From the NCBI GenBank assembly GCA_024275895.1, contig JAJRYE010000013.1, positions 26,211 through 90,210 on the forward strand: 64,000 nt of DNA, given 5' to 3'. Each line of letters starts with the position of its first letter. The first letter of the stretch is position 1. The notes under the pieces are model-generated. The model saw only the letters and a program-made list of their open reading frames with translations. It ran no database searches and was not told the DNA's origin. The translations under genes and the position numbers were made by a program. Source of the stretch: Alphaproteobacteria bacterium (lineage in GTDB: Bacteria > Pseudomonadota > Alphaproteobacteria > Rhizobiales > BM303). Positions 10,276 through 22,200 of the stretch are shown here, piece after piece.

Positions 10276-10358
10276 GGGCTTATCCTTTGTAGCAGGTTTC
10301 CTTTACATAGGAACTGCGTCATAAACTAGCAATATTTATAGCATCAGGGTGAATAAAA

Positions 10359-11147
10359 ATGCCGGATAGTTCCTTGCCCCTTTTTGTGCAAATTACCGGA
10401 GCCACGGGCTGGCTGGTTTTCAACCGCCCGGACAAGCAAAACGCCATCACTCAGGCCATGTGGCGCGATATCCCGCGCCTTTTGGAGCAGCTTGACAGGG
10501 ATTCGCAAGTCCGTGTCATCGCCCTTCGCGGCGCGGGAGGACGGGCGTTCAGCGCCGGGGCCGATATCGCCGAGTTTGACAAACTGCGCTCAGGCGCCGA
10601 TGCGGGGCGCAATTATGATGCGGCCAATGACGCCGCCTTTCAGGCGCTCGCCAATGCCAAAAAGCCCACTATCGCCATGATCAACGGGTTTTGCCTTGGC
10701 GGCGGGCTGGCGCTGGCGCTCAATTGCGATCTGCGTCTGGCGTCCAGAAATGCCAGTTTCGCCATCCCGGCAGCAAGGCTGGGGGTCGGCTATGCGCCCC
10801 GCTGGGTGCACCAGCTGGTCTCGATCGTGGGACCGGCCCATGCAAAAGAAATCTTCTTTAGCGGCAAGCGCTTCGGGGCACAGCGGGCGCTCGCCATGGG
10901 GCTGATCAACCAGATGTTTGATGCGGAGGAGCTAGAGACGCAAACCGGGCAGTTCATGGAACAAATCGCGCAAAACGCGCCACTGACCATCCGCGCCATC
11001 AAGGCGGCGATTGATGCCTGTGCGTTTTACGGTCATGACAAGGCGCATCTGCAACACCTGGCCGAGGCCTGCTATGACAGCGCTGATTTCATCGAGGGCC
11101 GAAGGGCGTTTTTGCAAAAGCGCAAGCCGGTTTTTGAAGGGCGGTAG
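10359..11147 (+). CDS. Enoyl-CoA hydratase/isomerase (crotonase) family protein
   Basis: Crotonase signature ...RVIALRGAGGRAFSAGADI...PTIAMINGFCLGGGLALALNCDLRLA... Confidence 0.85.
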   Translation: MPDSSLPLFVQITGATGWLVFNRPDKQNAITQAMWRDIPRLLEQLDRDSQVRVIALRGAGGRAFSAGADIAEFDKLRSGADAGRNYDAANDAAFQALANAKKPTIAMINGFCLGGGLALALNCDLRLASRNASFAIPAARLGVGYAPRWVHQLVSIVGPAHAKEIFFSGKRFGAQRALAMGLINQMFDAEELETQTGQFMEQIAQNAPLTIRAIKAAIDACAFYGHDKAHLQHLAEACYDSADFIEGRRAFLQKRKPVFEGR

Positions 11148-11183
11148 AATCTTTCATGTTTAAACGGTACCGGCCCGGTCCCC

Positions 11184-11936
11184 CTATGGGCGTTCTTGCA
11201 AAAACCTGAGCACTTCGGCCTTGTAACGCCTGTCGCCGACAGCGTTCATATGGTCCTTGCCCGGCAGGGTCAGGGCCTCGCCATTGGGGATGAGCGCGGC
11301 CAGAGCTTCAGCCGAACCCGAGACCGTGTCCTTTTCACCCGCAACCACAAGCACCGGCATGGGCAGGAGTTTGATCATCTGAACCGACACCTTTGGCCTT
11401 GGCGCGCGCATGCACAGCGCCAGGGCGCGCAGGTCAGAGCCGGTGCGCCCGGCAAAGATGCGGAACATACGCCCCCTCTTGGTGGTGACATCATCGAGTG
11501 TCGGGGCTTCGAGCGCCTCGGCGATGGGTTCCGGGTCGCCGGTTCCCAAAATCATGTTCTCGCCCAGCCCGCCGAATATGACGCTGCGCACCAGGGAAGG
11601 ATTGCCAAAGGCCAGAAACGCGGTGATGCGCGCCCCCATGGAATAGCCCATCACATCGACGCTTGAAATCTCCAGATGCTGCAACAGACGCCGCGCGTCC
11701 TCGGCCATCAGCTTGCCGCTATAGCTCATGATGTCGTAGAGTTTTTGCGAGCGGCCATGGCCGCGATTATCATAAATAATCACCTGTCGTCCGGCATCGG
11801 TCAGGGTTTTGACCCAGTTGGTGCCTTTCCAGTTCACCGCCATATTGGAGGCAAAACCGTGAATCAGCAAGATCGGCTCGCCCTCACCTGCCACCTCATA
11901 AGCAATCTCGACGCCATCCGATAAAAATCGCTGCAT
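11184..11936 (-). CDS. Alpha/beta hydrolase
   Basis: HGF oxyanion segment (ILLIHGFASN), nucleophile elbow GYSMGA, C-terminal His (KDHMNAV). Confidence 0.8.
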   Translation of the reverse strand: MQRFLSDGVEIAYEVAGEGEPILLIHGFASNMAVNWKGTNWVKTLTDAGRQVIIYDNRGHGRSQKLYDIMSYSGKLMAEDARRLLQHLEISSVDVMGYSMGARITAFLAFGNPSLVRSVIFGGLGENMILGTGDPEPIAEALEAPTLDDVTTKRGRMFRIFAGRTGSDLRALALCMRAPRPKVSVQMIKLLPMPVLVVAGEKDTVSGSAEALAALIPNGEALTLPGKDHMNAVGDRRYKAEVLRFLQERP

Positions 11937-12071
11937 TGGCCTCTCATTTCACATCGCTATGACTTGCTCTCACCGTGCGCCACCCTTATGATGCGCGCCA
12001 TCCGTGAGGGATATAAGCAAAGCTGTATCGCGCACAAGCCTTTATTACTCAAATCACAACAGGCGCTAAAT

Positions 12072-13970
12072 ATGCTGGAAACACTTCGCAAGGGTGCAGG
12101 AACCTGGGTCGCAAAAATCTTTATCGGACTTCTGGTCCTGAGTTTTGCCGTTTGGGGCATTGCCGATATCTTCAGCGGGTTCTCGGATCGCACGCTAGCC
12201 ACTGTTGGCGATACGGTGATTTCACCGCAGACGTTCCGTAATGAACTGCAACGGCAGACCTCCAATATCTCGCGCCAGCTCGGGCGTCAGATCAGCTCTG
12301 AAGAATCGCGGCGCTTTAACCTGCCGCAAAGGGTTCTGGGCCAGTTGATCACCGATGCCGCGCTTGATAATCAGGCAGCGAAGCTGGGGCTCGGGGTCTC
12401 GGATGAGGCGCTGGCCAACAGCATCAAATCGGACCCCTCCTTTCAGGACCAGTTCGGCAAGTTCAACAAATTACAGTTTGAACGCCTGTTGCAATCAAAT
12501 GGCCTGAACGAGGCTGCATATACCTATCAGCATCGCGGCGTCATGATCCGGCAGCAGATCGCCCAGAGCATCACGGGCAAGATCGCACCGCCCAAATCGA
12601 TGCTAAAAGCGCTGTTCCAGTATCAGAATGAAACCCGGACAGCTGAATATTTCATCCTGCCAGCCAGTGCTGCCGGTAAAATCGCGCCGCCAAGCGAGGC
12701 GGAGATCAAAGCCTATCACAAGGCCAATGCCGCAATGTTCACCGCGCCGCAATACCGCTCTCTGGTCATTCTTGAACTTGATCCGGCAGAGGTTGCCGGG
12801 ACGATCAAGGTCAAGGAGGAAGATATCGTCGCCTCGTATGAATCGCGCAAGAATGAATTTCACAAGGACGAGACCCGCGATATCGACCAGATGATGTTCA
12901 ACGACGAAGACAAGGCGGCCGAAGCCTATGACATGATCAGCAAGGGCACGAAATTTGAGGATATCATCAAAGCCTATGGCTTCAATGAAAAAGACGTGCA
13001 TCTGGGCGTGGTGGATAAATCGCTGATTCTGGACAAGAACATTGCCGATGCCGCCTTTGCCCTGAAAGCGGGCGAGATCAGCAAACCGGTGAAGGGCACG
13101 TTTGGCACCGTCATCCTCAGGGTGCGCGCCATCAACCCGGCCAAAATCAGTACGCTCGCCGAGGTCAGGGACAAGATCAAAGCCAAGCTGGCGCTGGAAA
13201 TGGCGGCCGACAAGGTTCTTGATATTCATGATCAGGTCGAGGACGAACGCGCGGCGGGATCGACGCTGAAAGAAATTGCCGCCAAATTCAAGCTGAAATA
13301 TATCGAGATCGCCGCCGTTGACGCCAGGGGCCGGGGCAAGGACGGCAAGCCGGTGGAAAAACTCCCGCAATCGCCGCCGCTACTCAAGCTTGCGTTTGAA
13401 AGCGATGTCGGGGTCGAAAATGACCCGGTGCCCTCGCCCGATAACGGCTACTGGTGGCTTGACGTTACCGGGGTTACGCCTGAAAAACTGCGCCCGATTG
13501 ATACCGTAAGGGACGAAATCCTGCGCTCCTGGACGATTGAGAAACGCTCGAAGAAGCTGCTCGCCAGGGCGCAGGCGCTGATCAAACGGCTGGAGGATGG
13601 AGAAAGTCTTGCCGATGTTGCCAAAAGCGAGAATCTCAAGGTTGTAAAGACCCCGCCGCTGAAACGCTCCAGCAATAACAAGGTCTTTTCCACCGCCTTG
13701 ATCCGCGCCTTGTTTTCCAAACCCGAGGGGGCCTATTTCGATGGCCGCCCGGTGAGCGGGGAAGATCGGATTATCGCCAGGGTGGCCTCGGTCACCTTGC
13801 CGGATATGACCAAATCCGCCAAGACGGTTGAGGGCATCCGCAAAGCGACGGAACAGGCGCTGCGCAACGACCTTTTATCTGAATATGTCGGCGCCTTGCG
13901 TGAGCGTTACGGGGTCAAGATCAACAACCGGACCTTCCAGGCCCTCACGGGCGGTGATGCGCCTGGCTAG
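12072..13970 (+). CDS. ppiD: Periplasmic chaperone / peptidyl-prolyl isomerase PpiD-like
   Basis: ATG 12072 gives MLETLRKGAGTWVAKIFIGLLVLSFAVWGI (typical PpiD N-terminal anchor). SurA_N-like and parvulin-like regions. Sits upstream of trpE, as often seen in alphaproteobacteria. Confidence 0.8.
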   Translation: MLETLRKGAGTWVAKIFIGLLVLSFAVWGIADIFSGFSDRTLATVGDTVISPQTFRNELQRQTSNISRQLGRQISSEESRRFNLPQRVLGQLITDAALDNQAAKLGLGVSDEALANSIKSDPSFQDQFGKFNKLQFERLLQSNGLNEAAYTYQHRGVMIRQQIAQSITGKIAPPKSMLKALFQYQNETRTAEYFILPASAAGKIAPPSEAEIKAYHKANAAMFTAPQYRSLVILELDPAEVAGTIKVKEEDIVASYESRKNEFHKDETRDIDQMMFNDEDKAAEAYDMISKGTKFEDIIKAYGFNEKDVHLGVVDKSLILDKNIADAAFALKAGEISKPVKGTFGTVILRVRAINPAKISTLAEVRDKIKAKLALEMAADKVLDIHDQVEDERAAGSTLKEIAAKFKLKYIEIAAVDARGRGKDGKPVEKLPQSPPLLKLAFESDVGVENDPVPSPDNGYWWLDVTGVTPEKLRPIDTVRDEILRSWTIEKRSKKLLARAQALIKRLEDGESLADVAKSENLKVVKTPPLKRSSNNKVFSTALIRALFSKPEGAYFDGRPVSGEDRIIARVASVTLPDMTKSAKTVEGIRKATEQALRNDLLSEYVGALRERYGVKINNRTFQALTGGDAPG

Positions 13971-13985
13971 GCCTGGATATAACCC

Positions 13986-15506
13986 ATGCAGATTGAGCCT
14001 GATTTTCAAACCTTCAGCGCCGGATTGGGCGCAGACCAACCACAGCTTGTCCGGACACGGCTTGTGGCCGATCTGGAAACGCCGGTTTCCGCCATGCTCA
14101 AGCTGAGCCACGGACGCCGCAACAACTTCTTGCTGGAATCGGTGGAAGGCGGCGCCATCCGGGGGCGTTATTCCATTATCGGCCTCGCTCCCGATATTAT
14201 CTGGCAGGCCCATGGCAACAGGGCGCAAATCAACCGGAACGCCATTCGTGACAGGGATGATTTTACCCCTTGCGCACTCCCGACGCTTAGCTCCCTGAGA
14301 GCGCTCCTTACCGAATCGCGCATTGATCTGCCTGAAGAGTTGCCCCCCATGGCGGCCGGCGTCTTTGGCTATATCGGCTATGACGCGGTGCGGTTGATGG
14401 AGGATTTGCCGGATGAAAACCGTGATGTGCTGGAAGTACCGGATGCCATGCTCATCCGCCCCACCCTCATGGCGATCTTTGACAATATCAAGGATGAGAT
14501 CACGCTGATCACGCCAGTGTGGCCAAAGGGGCAAGGGGGGCAAAAGCCAGAGGCGGCCTATGCAGCGGCGATTGAGCGCATCGAGCGGACGGTTGAGGAA
14601 CTTGGCGGGCCGCTTCCGGTAACGGCGCGGGAAGACCCTCTCACGCGCATTGATGAGCCGGTTTCCAATACGGGGCGGGAGGAATATGAGCGCATGGTGC
14701 TCGCCGCCAAGGACTATATCAGCGCCGGGGATATTTTCCAGGTGGTGCTGAGCCAGCGCTTTGACACCAAATTTACCCTGCCGCCGTTCTCGCTCTACCG
14801 AGCGCTCAGGCGGATCAACCCCTCGCCTTACCTCTATTTTCTCAATTTCGAGAATTTCAGTGTTGTCGGCTCAAGCCCGGAAATTCTGGTGCGGGTCAGA
14901 GGGGGCAAGGTGAGCATCCGCCCTATAGCCGGTACGCGTCCGCGCGGCAAAACAAGAGCGGAGGATAAGGCGCTGGGAGCCGAATTGCTGGCCGATCCCA
15001 AGGAGCGCGCCGAGCATTTGATGCTGCTTGATCTGGGGCGCAATGATGTGGGACGGGTGGCCAAAATCGGCACGGTCGAGGTTACCGACCAGTTCTTCCT
15101 TGAGCATTACTCCCAGGTGATGCATATCGTATCCAATGTGGAAGGCGAGCTGGATAAAAAATATGACGCCATTTCCGCCCTCATTGCCGGTTTTCCGGCC
15201 GGTACCGTCTCGGGCGCGCCCAAGGTGCGGGCGATGCAGATCATTGACGAACTGGAAAAAGACAAGCGCGGCATCTATGCCGGCTGCGTCGGGTATTTTT
15301 CCGCCAATGGCGATATGGATACCTGTATTGTCCTGCGCACCGCGATCGTAAAAGACAAGGTGATGCATGTTCAGGCGGGCGCAGGCATTGTTGCCGACAG
15401 CGATCCGGCCAGCGAGTACACCGAGTGCACCCACAAGGCCGGGGCCCTCTTCCGCGCGGCGGAAGAAGCAGCCCGTTTTGCCGGTGCGCCCGTTAAGGGG
15501 CAGTAA
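13986..15506 (+). CDS. trpE: Anthranilate synthase component I
   Basis: 506 aa with chorismate-binding family motifs (LLESVEGG..., ...PAGTVSGAPKVRAMQIIDELE..RGIYAGCVGYF...). Followed by trpG-trpD-trpC. Confidence 0.9.
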   Translation: MQIEPDFQTFSAGLGADQPQLVRTRLVADLETPVSAMLKLSHGRRNNFLLESVEGGAIRGRYSIIGLAPDIIWQAHGNRAQINRNAIRDRDDFTPCALPTLSSLRALLTESRIDLPEELPPMAAGVFGYIGYDAVRLMEDLPDENRDVLEVPDAMLIRPTLMAIFDNIKDEITLITPVWPKGQGGQKPEAAYAAAIERIERTVEELGGPLPVTAREDPLTRIDEPVSNTGREEYERMVLAAKDYISAGDIFQVVLSQRFDTKFTLPPFSLYRALRRINPSPYLYFLNFENFSVVGSSPEILVRVRGGKVSIRPIAGTRPRGKTRAEDKALGAELLADPKERAEHLMLLDLGRNDVGRVAKIGTVEVTDQFFLEHYSQVMHIVSNVEGELDKKYDAISALIAGFPAGTVSGAPKVRAMQIIDELEKDKRGIYAGCVGYFSANGDMDTCIVLRTAIVKDKVMHVQAGAGIVADSDPASEYTECTHKAGALFRAAEEAARFAGAPVKGQ

Positions 15507-15509
15507 GCC

Positions 15510-16094
15510 ATGCACATCTTAATGATCGATAATTATGACAGCTTCACCTATAATCTGGTGCATTTTCTCGGTGAGCTGGGGGCTGAAATCGAGGTTATCC
15601 GCAATGACAAGATCACGGTTGATGCGGCAATCGGCAAAGCGCCGCAAGCCATTGTTATCTCGCCGGGACCCTCTACCCCGGACAAAGCGGGGATATGCCT
15701 TGAGCTGATTGAAAAGGCCGGAGCCCGTATCCCCATGCTGGGCGTGTGTCTGGGGCATCAGAGCATCGGGCAGGCTTATGGCGGCAAGGTTATGCGCGCG
15801 CCGGTTTTGATGCACGGCAAATTGAGTACTATCAGCAATCATGGGGCGAGTCTGTTCAAGGGGTTGCCGGCATCTTTTGAAGCGACACGTTATCATTCCC
15901 TCATTGTTGAGCGCGAAACCCTCCCCGATTGCCTTGAGATCACGGCGCAAACCGGGGACGGGATCATCATGGGATTTGCCCATAAGGAGCATCCGGTTCA
16001 CGGGGTACAGTTTCACCCCGAGAGCATCGCTTCTGAACACGGGCACAAGCTGCTTGATAACTTCATCACTCTGGCCAGGGGGGGTGCAAAATGA
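15510..16094 (+). CDS. trpG: Anthranilate synthase component II (glutamine amidotransferase)
   Basis: Class I GATase: [15 protein letters not shown]..., [19 protein letters not shown]. Confidence 0.9.
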   Translation: MHILMIDNYDSFTYNLVHFLGELGAEIEVIRNDKITVDAAIGKAPQAIVISPGPSTPDKAGICLELIEKAGARIPMLGVCLGHQSIGQAYGGKVMRAPVLMHGKLSTISNHGASLFKGLPASFEATRYHSLIVERETLPDCLEITAQTGDGIIMGFAHKEHPVHGVQFHPESIASEHGHKLLDNFITLARGGAK

Positions 16095-17104
16095 CGGATT
16101 TCAAAACCTATCTCAACAAGATCGCTTCGGGGGATAATTTGAGCGAGAGTGAGGCCAGGGACGCATTCGGCATCATGATGTCGGGCGCGGCGAGCGCGGC
16201 GCAGATCGGCGGGTTTTTGCTCGGGCTGCGCGTCCGGGGCGAAAAATTGCCCGAGATTATCGGGGCGGTGAGCGCCATGCGCGAGAAGATGCTGCCCGTG
16301 GAGGCGCCGGAGGACGCGATCGATATTGTTGGCACCGGCGGCGATGCCACCGGCACCTATAACATCTCCACCTGCGCCGCCATTGTCACCGCCGCCTGCG
16401 GCGTTCCGGTCGCCAAGCACGGCAACCGGGCGATTACCTCCAAATCCGGCGCAGCGGATGCGCTGGTGGCTTTGGGGGTGAATATCGACATTGCACCGGA
16501 GACGATTTCAAACTGTATCCGCGAGGCCGGGGCCGGGTTCATGTTCGCCCCGGCGCATCACGCCGCCATGCGTCATGTGGGTCCCACCCGGGCCGAGCTT
16601 GGCACCCGGACCATATTCAACCTGCTGGGCCCGCTTTCCAATCCGGCCGGGGTGAAAAGGCAGGTGATCGGGATTTTCCAGCAATCCTGGCTGGAGCCCC
16701 TCGCCTATGCCATGCAGGCGCTGGGCTCAACCGATATCTGGCTGGTTCACGGCGCGGACGGAATGGATGAGTTGACCACAACCGGGGTAACCTATGTCAC
16801 TGCGCTTAAAGACGGTAAGATCAGATCTTTCGAGGTCACGCCGGAAGATGCAGGCCTGCCCAGAGCTTCAATAGACGATATCCGCGGCGGCGATGCGATC
16901 GAGAATGCTGCTGCGCTGGGCGAAGTGCTTGACGGGGCAACCCCCCCCTATCGTGACATTGTCCTGCTCAACAGCGCCGCCGGACTGATCGTTGCAGGCA
17001 AGGCTGAAGATTTGCAGCAGGGCGCGCAAATGGCAGCCGAAGCCATCGATAGCGGCAAGGCGAAGGCATGTCTTGCAAAACTCGTTGAAGTTTCAAACCG
17101 TTAG
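16091..17104 (+). CDS. trpD: Anthranilate phosphoribosyltransferase
   Basis: [22 protein letters not shown]...[16 protein letters not shown] motif. 4-nt overlap with trpG. Confidence 0.9.
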   Translation: MTDFKTYLNKIASGDNLSESEARDAFGIMMSGAASAAQIGGFLLGLRVRGEKLPEIIGAVSAMREKMLPVEAPEDAIDIVGTGGDATGTYNISTCAAIVTAACGVPVAKHGNRAITSKSGAADALVALGVNIDIAPETISNCIREAGAGFMFAPAHHAAMRHVGPTRAELGTRTIFNLLGPLSNPAGVKRQVIGIFQQSWLEPLAYAMQALGSTDIWLVHGADGMDELTTTGVTYVTALKDGKIRSFEVTPEDAGLPRASIDDIRGGDAIENAAALGEVLDGATPPYRDIVLLNSAAGLIVAGKAEDLQQGAQMAAEAIDSGKAKACLAKLVEVSNR

Positions 17105-17107
17105 CTC

Positions 17108-17902
17108 ATGTCCGATATTCTCGCCCGCATCACTGCATATAAGCGCAAAGAAATTGCTGCCGCCAGGGTATCAAAGCCGCAAGGTGCATTGGAGGCCGAG
17201 GCGCGCGAAGCTGATGCGCCGCGCGGATTTTATCAGGCGCTCAAAGCAAAATCGGACGCCGGAAAACCGGCCCTTATCGCCGAGATCAAGAAGGCGAGCC
17301 CGTCCAGGGGGCTGATCCGGGAGGATTTTGACCCGCCCGCCCTTGCCCGAGCCTATGAGGCGGGCGGGGCGGCGTGTCTTTCGGTGCTCACCGATACGCC
17401 CTCTTTTCAAGGCCGGCCGGAATTTTTGGTTTCGGCGCACACAGCCACCGCCCTGCCCTGCCTGCGCAAGGATTTCATGCTTGATCCTTATCAGATTGTC
17501 GAGGCCAGAGCCTGGAGTGCCGATTGTATCTTGCTCATCATGGCGATGCTCTCGGACGCGCAGGCGCGCGAGCTGGAAGAGGCGGCAATGGCCTGGGGCA
17601 TGGATGTGCTGGCCGAAGTGCACGGCGCAGGTGAGCTTGAACGGGCACTTGAACTCAAAACCCCCCTGATTGGGATCAACAACCGCAATTTGAAAAGTTT
17701 TGAAACTTCACTCAGCATTTCAGAAACCCTTATCCCGCAAATTCCCGCGACCCGGCTGGTTGTCACCGAAAGCGGGATTTCCAGTCATGATGACATGACA
17801 CGCCTTGCCGGAGCCGGAGCGCGCGCCTATCTTGTCGGCGAAAGCCTGATGCGTCAGGAAAATGTGAGCGAAGCGACCCGTATTTTACTGGGCAGGAAGT
17901 AA
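17108..17902 (+). CDS. trpC: Indole-3-glycerol-phosphate synthase
   Basis: [16 protein letters not shown]...LSVLTD..FQG...LRKDF...[10 protein letters not shown]... Confidence 0.9.
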   Translation: MSDILARITAYKRKEIAAARVSKPQGALEAEAREADAPRGFYQALKAKSDAGKPALIAEIKKASPSRGLIREDFDPPALARAYEAGGAACLSVLTDTPSFQGRPEFLVSAHTATALPCLRKDFMLDPYQIVEARAWSADCILLIMAMLSDAQARELEEAAMAWGMDVLAEVHGAGELERALELKTPLIGINNRNLKSFETSLSISETLIPQIPATRLVVTESGISSHDDMTRLAGAGARAYLVGESLMRQENVSEATRILLGRK

Positions 17903-17914
17903 AGAGGAAACCCC

Positions 17915-18400
17915 ATGAGCGAAGAGCACCTCACCCATCTGGACGAGAAAGGGCAGGCCCATATGGTCGATGTCGGCGGCAAGCCCGTGAGCAATCGCAT
18001 GGCAAAAGCGCGCGGACGCGTCACCATGAAGCGCGAGACCTTTATCATGGTCGTGGAGGGCAACGCGAAAAAGGGCGATGTTATCTCGGTGGCGCGGCTG
18101 GCGGGGATCATGGCGGCCAAACGCACCCATGAGCTGATCCCGCTCTGCCACCCGCTGGCGCTCACCAAGGTTTCGGTCGATCTGGTGCCCGACAGCGCCA
18201 CCTGCTCGATATTTGTCACCGCCACCGCCAGGGTCAGCGGCCAGACCGGGGTGGAAATGGAGGCGCTCACGGCGGTTTCGGTGGCCTGCCTGACCATTTA
18301 CGACATGGTAAAGGCCGTGGACCGGGGAGTTACAATCAGCGATATCCGGTTGCTGGAAAAATCAGGCGGGAAATCCGGCCACTACAAGGGAAAAACCTGA
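17915..18400 (+). CDS. moaC: Cyclic pyranopterin monophosphate synthase
   Basis: [18 protein letters not shown]...[29 protein letters not shown]...[20 protein letters not shown]. Confidence 0.9.
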   Translation: MSEEHLTHLDEKGQAHMVDVGGKPVSNRMAKARGRVTMKRETFIMVVEGNAKKGDVISVARLAGIMAAKRTHELIPLCHPLALTKVSVDLVPDSATCSIFVTATARVSGQTGVEMEALTAVSVACLTIYDMVKAVDRGVTISDIRLLEKSGGKSGHYKGKT

Positions 18401-19608
18401 TGAGCCTTCTTCCTGTCAGTGAAGCTCTTGAACGGACACAGCGCGATTGCCGGGTTCTTGAAACCGAGCAGGTTGCGCTCCCCGATGCCATGCGGCGCAT
18501 TCTGGCAGCGGATTTGCCGGCACGCTTTACCCAGCCGGCCTTTGACGCTTCATCGATGGACGGCTATGCGGTGCGCGCCGCAGATGTCGCCGATGCGCCC
18601 GCGAAGCTGAAGGTTATTGGCGAGGCCCCGGCCGGGCACGCTTTTGAAGGCAAGGTTGAAGCCGGGGAAGCGGTGCGCATTTTTACCGGCGCACCGGTGC
18701 CTGAAGGTGCCGATACGGTTATCATGCAGGAGGTCACGGTGCGCGAGGGCGACCGGGTCATGATCGGGCAATCGCCACCAAAACCGAGACATTTTGTGCG
18801 CCCGCGCGGGCTTGATTTTTGCGAAGGTGATATATTGCTGCATCAAGGGCGCAGGTTGGGGCCGCGCGAGATCGGTCTTGCCGCGGCCATGAACCATGCT
18901 GAACTTCCCGTGCGCCGCAAGCCCAAAGTGGCAATTCTGGCCACCGGGGACGAGCTGGTTTTTCCCGGGCAGACACCGCGCCCGGACCAGATCATCGCGT
19001 CAAACTCGTTTGCTCTTGCGGCGCTGGTTACAGCCTTTGGCGGCGATCCGGTTGATCTGGGGCTGGCGCGGGACAACCGCGCAAGCCTTATCGAGATGGG
19101 CAGTCGGGCGCTGGAGGCCGATATTATCGTGACCTCCGGCGGAGCCTCCGTCGGCGATCATGATCTGGTTATCGATGTGTTTGAGGAACTGGGTCTGAAG
19201 GTTGATTTCTGGAAGGTGGCGCAGCGTCCTGGCAAGCCGATGATTTTCGGTCATTTAGGCAAATCCCTGTTTCTCGGCTTGCCCGGAAATCCGGTCTCCT
19301 CGCTGGTTTGCGCCCGGGTTTATCTCAAGCCAATGATTGACGCCATGCTGGGACTTCCCGGCGATGCGGACCATCCGGAAGAGGCCCTGATCGGCGCGCC
19401 CCTACCCGCCAATGACGAGCGGCAGGATTTCCTGCGCGCCGCGCTTTCAAAAGATGAAAACGGCCAGCTTACCGCCACCGCCTTTGGCAAGCAGGACAGC
19501 TCGATGATGAACATTCTCGCCCGCGCCGACTGCCTGCTCATCCGGCCGCCGCAAGCCCCGGCGAGCAAGCCGGGCGAACGGGCGCGGATTTTACGGTTTC
19601 ATTTTTAA
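18400..19608 (+). CDS. moeA: Molybdopterin molybdenumtransferase
   Basis: MoeA pattern: ...SSMDGYAVRA...IFTGAPVPEGADTVIMQE...ATGDEL...TSGGASVGDHD...PGKPM. Start overlaps the moaC stop (TGATG). Confidence 0.85.
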   Translation: MSLLPVSEALERTQRDCRVLETEQVALPDAMRRILAADLPARFTQPAFDASSMDGYAVRAADVADAPAKLKVIGEAPAGHAFEGKVEAGEAVRIFTGAPVPEGADTVIMQEVTVREGDRVMIGQSPPKPRHFVRPRGLDFCEGDILLHQGRRLGPREIGLAAAMNHAELPVRRKPKVAILATGDELVFPGQTPRPDQIIASNSFALAALVTAFGGDPVDLGLARDNRASLIEMGSRALEADIIVTSGGASVGDHDLVIDVFEELGLKVDFWKVAQRPGKPMIFGHLGKSLFLGLPGNPVSSLVCARVYLKPMIDAMLGLPGDADHPEEALIGAPLPANDERQDFLRAALSKDENGQLTATAFGKQDSSMMNILARADCLLIRPPQAPASKPGERARILRFHF

Positions 19609-19651
19609 TAACCGCCCCTGAAAGAACACCCGGTTGGAAGTTCACATTCAA

Positions 19652-19695
19652 AGCCCGGTTTTGATTCAATCAAAACCGGGCTCTAATTCTTTGTT
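19652..19695. terminator. Hairpin terminator between convergent moeA and MCP genes
   Basis: AGCCCGGTTTTGA-TTCAA-TCAAAACCGGGCT, a perfect 13-bp stem, followed by a T-rich tract (CTAATTCTTTGTT). Confidence 0.55.
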
Positions 19696-19745
19696 ATTGC
19701 CGCACTTTTTAGTGGAAAATCGTTTCCCGCTTATCCAGAAGCGCT

Positions 19746-21812
19746 TTAAGCCGCCTGAACTTCAGACAGGAACTTGTCCACCTGGCGGCGCATGTTGTCC
19801 GACTGGATGGCAAGCTCGCTGGCAGCTATTTTGACCTGGGCGGAAACCTGCCCTACTTCCCCGGCGGCCTCGCTCAGACCGGCAACATTTTCATTGACCT
19901 GGGATGTGCCCTCGGAGGCCTGCTGTACCGAACTGGCGATTTCCTGCGTTGCCATGCGTTGCTCGTCCAGCGCATGCGAGATGGCCATCGAGCCTTCGGA
20001 AAGCTCGGCGATAATCCCGCGGATACCGTTAATTGAATCCGCCGCTGTCGTTACCGCTGTCTGCAATTGCGAGATTTGCGCCGAAATCTGCTCGGTCGCC
20101 TTGCTGGTCTGGGACGCCAGCCCCTTGACCTCGGAGGCCACAACCGCGAATCCCTTGCCGGCATCGCCCGCCCGCGCCGCCTCAATGGTGGCATTGAGCG
20201 CCAGCAAATTGGTCTGCTCGGCAATATCGGTAATCAGGGTGGTGACCTCGGAAATCCCCCTGCTGGCCTCAAGCGCGGCCTCGACCTGCGAGGTGGTTTT
20301 CTCCGCCTCGGCAACTGCGGTTTCCGCTACGCTGGCCGATTGCCCCACCTGGGCGGCAATCGAATCCACCGTAACCGAAAGCTCCTCGGTGGCGGCGCTG
20401 ACGGACTGGACATTCGCCGCCGCCTGCCCTGAAGCATCGGAAACCGAAGTGGCCTGTGACGCCGTTTCCTCGGCCACCGAGGCCATGGTCTGCGAGGAGG
20501 CGTCGAGCTGGGTCATGGCGGTGGCCAGCGCGGTGAGGACACCGCTGACTTCTGAATCAAAGCCGGAGACAAGTTTAGTAAGATATTTGGCCCTTTCGCT
20601 GCGCGCCTCGGCTTCCTTAACCTGCGCGTCGGAAAGGTGCTGCGCCTTGATCATGCTGTCCTTGAAGACAAGAACCGCCCGCGCCATATCGCCGACTTCA
20701 TCCTTGTTTTTGGTTGCCGGAACCTCGGCGTCCATATCGCCATCGGCCAGCTTGCGCATCTGCTGCGCCATGAGGGCAATAGGCCCGGCGATCGAGCGGC
20801 TGATGCCATAAACAAGTAGCCCCGTCAGCAACAGCACCAGAACCGCAATTCCGGCCATGATTTCGAATGATAATCTGGAATTCGCCGCAGCATTATGGCC
20901 CATTTTGACAAGATTGGCGGAAATTTTATCTTCGACAATTTTCAGACGATCAATTTTTTTCGTTATGGCGTCAAACCATTTCAGACCGCTGATATGCGAG
21001 ATGTCCTGATTGAAATAGATATTGCGGATCGCCAGTTTACGCATCTCTTCAACGTTCTGAATATCCCTGGCCGCCATTTCCTTATCATAAAAGGCGTTGA
21101 TTTCCGGTGACGCCAGAAGCCTGAAATTAGACAGATATGCCTTTTGCGCCGCTATGAGGGAAATAAATTTCTCGTGGATTTTGGGTTGAAAGGAGCCACG
21201 CGAAAAGCCGTTGGCTCCCATTGCCCGTTCGATACCGGCGCGTTCCTTGGCCTGGAGAAAATTGGTGTAACTGTTAATCGCATTGGTAACTCTCGCATCC
21301 GGGCTGAGCAGCGACATCCGCGAAACGATATCAAGCAGGGACGCTATCGTCCCCGTGTAATATTTCGCCATTTCGCCGACACCCAGGCTAAGATTGCTGA
21401 CCTTTGCCCGGCTGGCGTCAAGCTGCTTCAGGTTTTGGCTGGCTTTATCGACAAAGCCTTCAAAGGTCCGGCCATAGGATGCGACATCAAAGGATTTCAG
21501 CGCTGTCTTGAAAATTGCAAAGTATTTGTCGGTCACCATGCGCTGGTCGGCGAGCTTGGCAACAAAACCGCCCTTGCCTTTGCTGCCGATGAAACCGGCC
21601 GAATTGCCACGTTCTTTTTGCAACTCATGGACAAGATTCGTAATCGAAGGTGAAAACCCTGCCAATTGCTCAAGTTTTTCCATCCTGGATGCATCATTCC
21701 ATTGCCCGACAACCATATAACCGCTGAAACCAGCCACCGCCAGAGCCGGCGCCAGCATGGCCAGCAAAATCCGCAAACTTATTTTTATATCCGAAAATTT
21801 AAAACCGAACAT
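19746..21812 (-). CDS. Methyl-accepting chemotaxis protein with NIT-type periplasmic sensor
   Basis: N-terminal TM; [20 protein letters not shown] (NIT-domain signature); second TM plus HAMP; conserved MA hairpin ...[36 protein letters not shown]. Confidence 0.9.
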   Translation of the reverse strand: MFGFKFSDIKISLRILLAMLAPALAVAGFSGYMVVGQWNDASRMEKLEQLAGFSPSITNLVHELQKERGNSAGFIGSKGKGGFVAKLADQRMVTDKYFAIFKTALKSFDVASYGRTFEGFVDKASQNLKQLDASRAKVSNLSLGVGEMAKYYTGTIASLLDIVSRMSLLSPDARVTNAINSYTNFLQAKERAGIERAMGANGFSRGSFQPKIHEKFISLIAAQKAYLSNFRLLASPEINAFYDKEMAARDIQNVEEMRKLAIRNIYFNQDISHISGLKWFDAITKKIDRLKIVEDKISANLVKMGHNAAANSRLSFEIMAGIAVLVLLLTGLLVYGISRSIAGPIALMAQQMRKLADGDMDAEVPATKNKDEVGDMARAVLVFKDSMIKAQHLSDAQVKEAEARSERAKYLTKLVSGFDSEVSGVLTALATAMTQLDASSQTMASVAEETASQATSVSDASGQAAANVQSVSAATEELSVTVDSIAAQVGQSASVAETAVAEAEKTTSQVEAALEASRGISEVTTLITDIAEQTNLLALNATIEAARAGDAGKGFAVVASEVKGLASQTSKATEQISAQISQLQTAVTTAADSINGIRGIIAELSEGSMAISHALDEQRMATQEIASSVQQASEGTSQVNENVAGLSEAAGEVGQVSAQVKIAASELAIQSDNMRRQVDKFLSEVQAA

Positions 21813-22200
21813 ATCCGTTGACCTCTCGTGGATGTCCCCCTTGATCTAGGCCAAGATCATGCTCCAAAAAGGTAAATACAATTTGAATATAAGGGGATAA
21901 ACATACAACTTTTACGGGGCAATACCTGCTCCGCACACATGAAGGGCCGGCCAGGCTCAAATACCGCTTGAAATTCTGCATTAGCATTGTTTTATTGGGC
22001 TTTTTTACCTGTTAATCCTTCGGATATCTACAGATAAATGTTTCATCGTGCTGTGATTTCAAGAAGAGTTGATTCGACCTCTGGTTGTTTTTTTGCGGGT
22101 AAATCACCGGACGGTCCTTGCCCGGCGCAATTCGGGCCGCCCGGAATTTATGCTCCCTGCCTTGTTTCCACAGAGGCAAAGCAGGTTCATCCTTGCCGGA

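Noticed and set aside
19774-20811. 345-aa + strand ORF
   Set aside because: Antisense to the conserved signalling domain of the MCP. Ser/Ala/Cys-rich low-complexity product.
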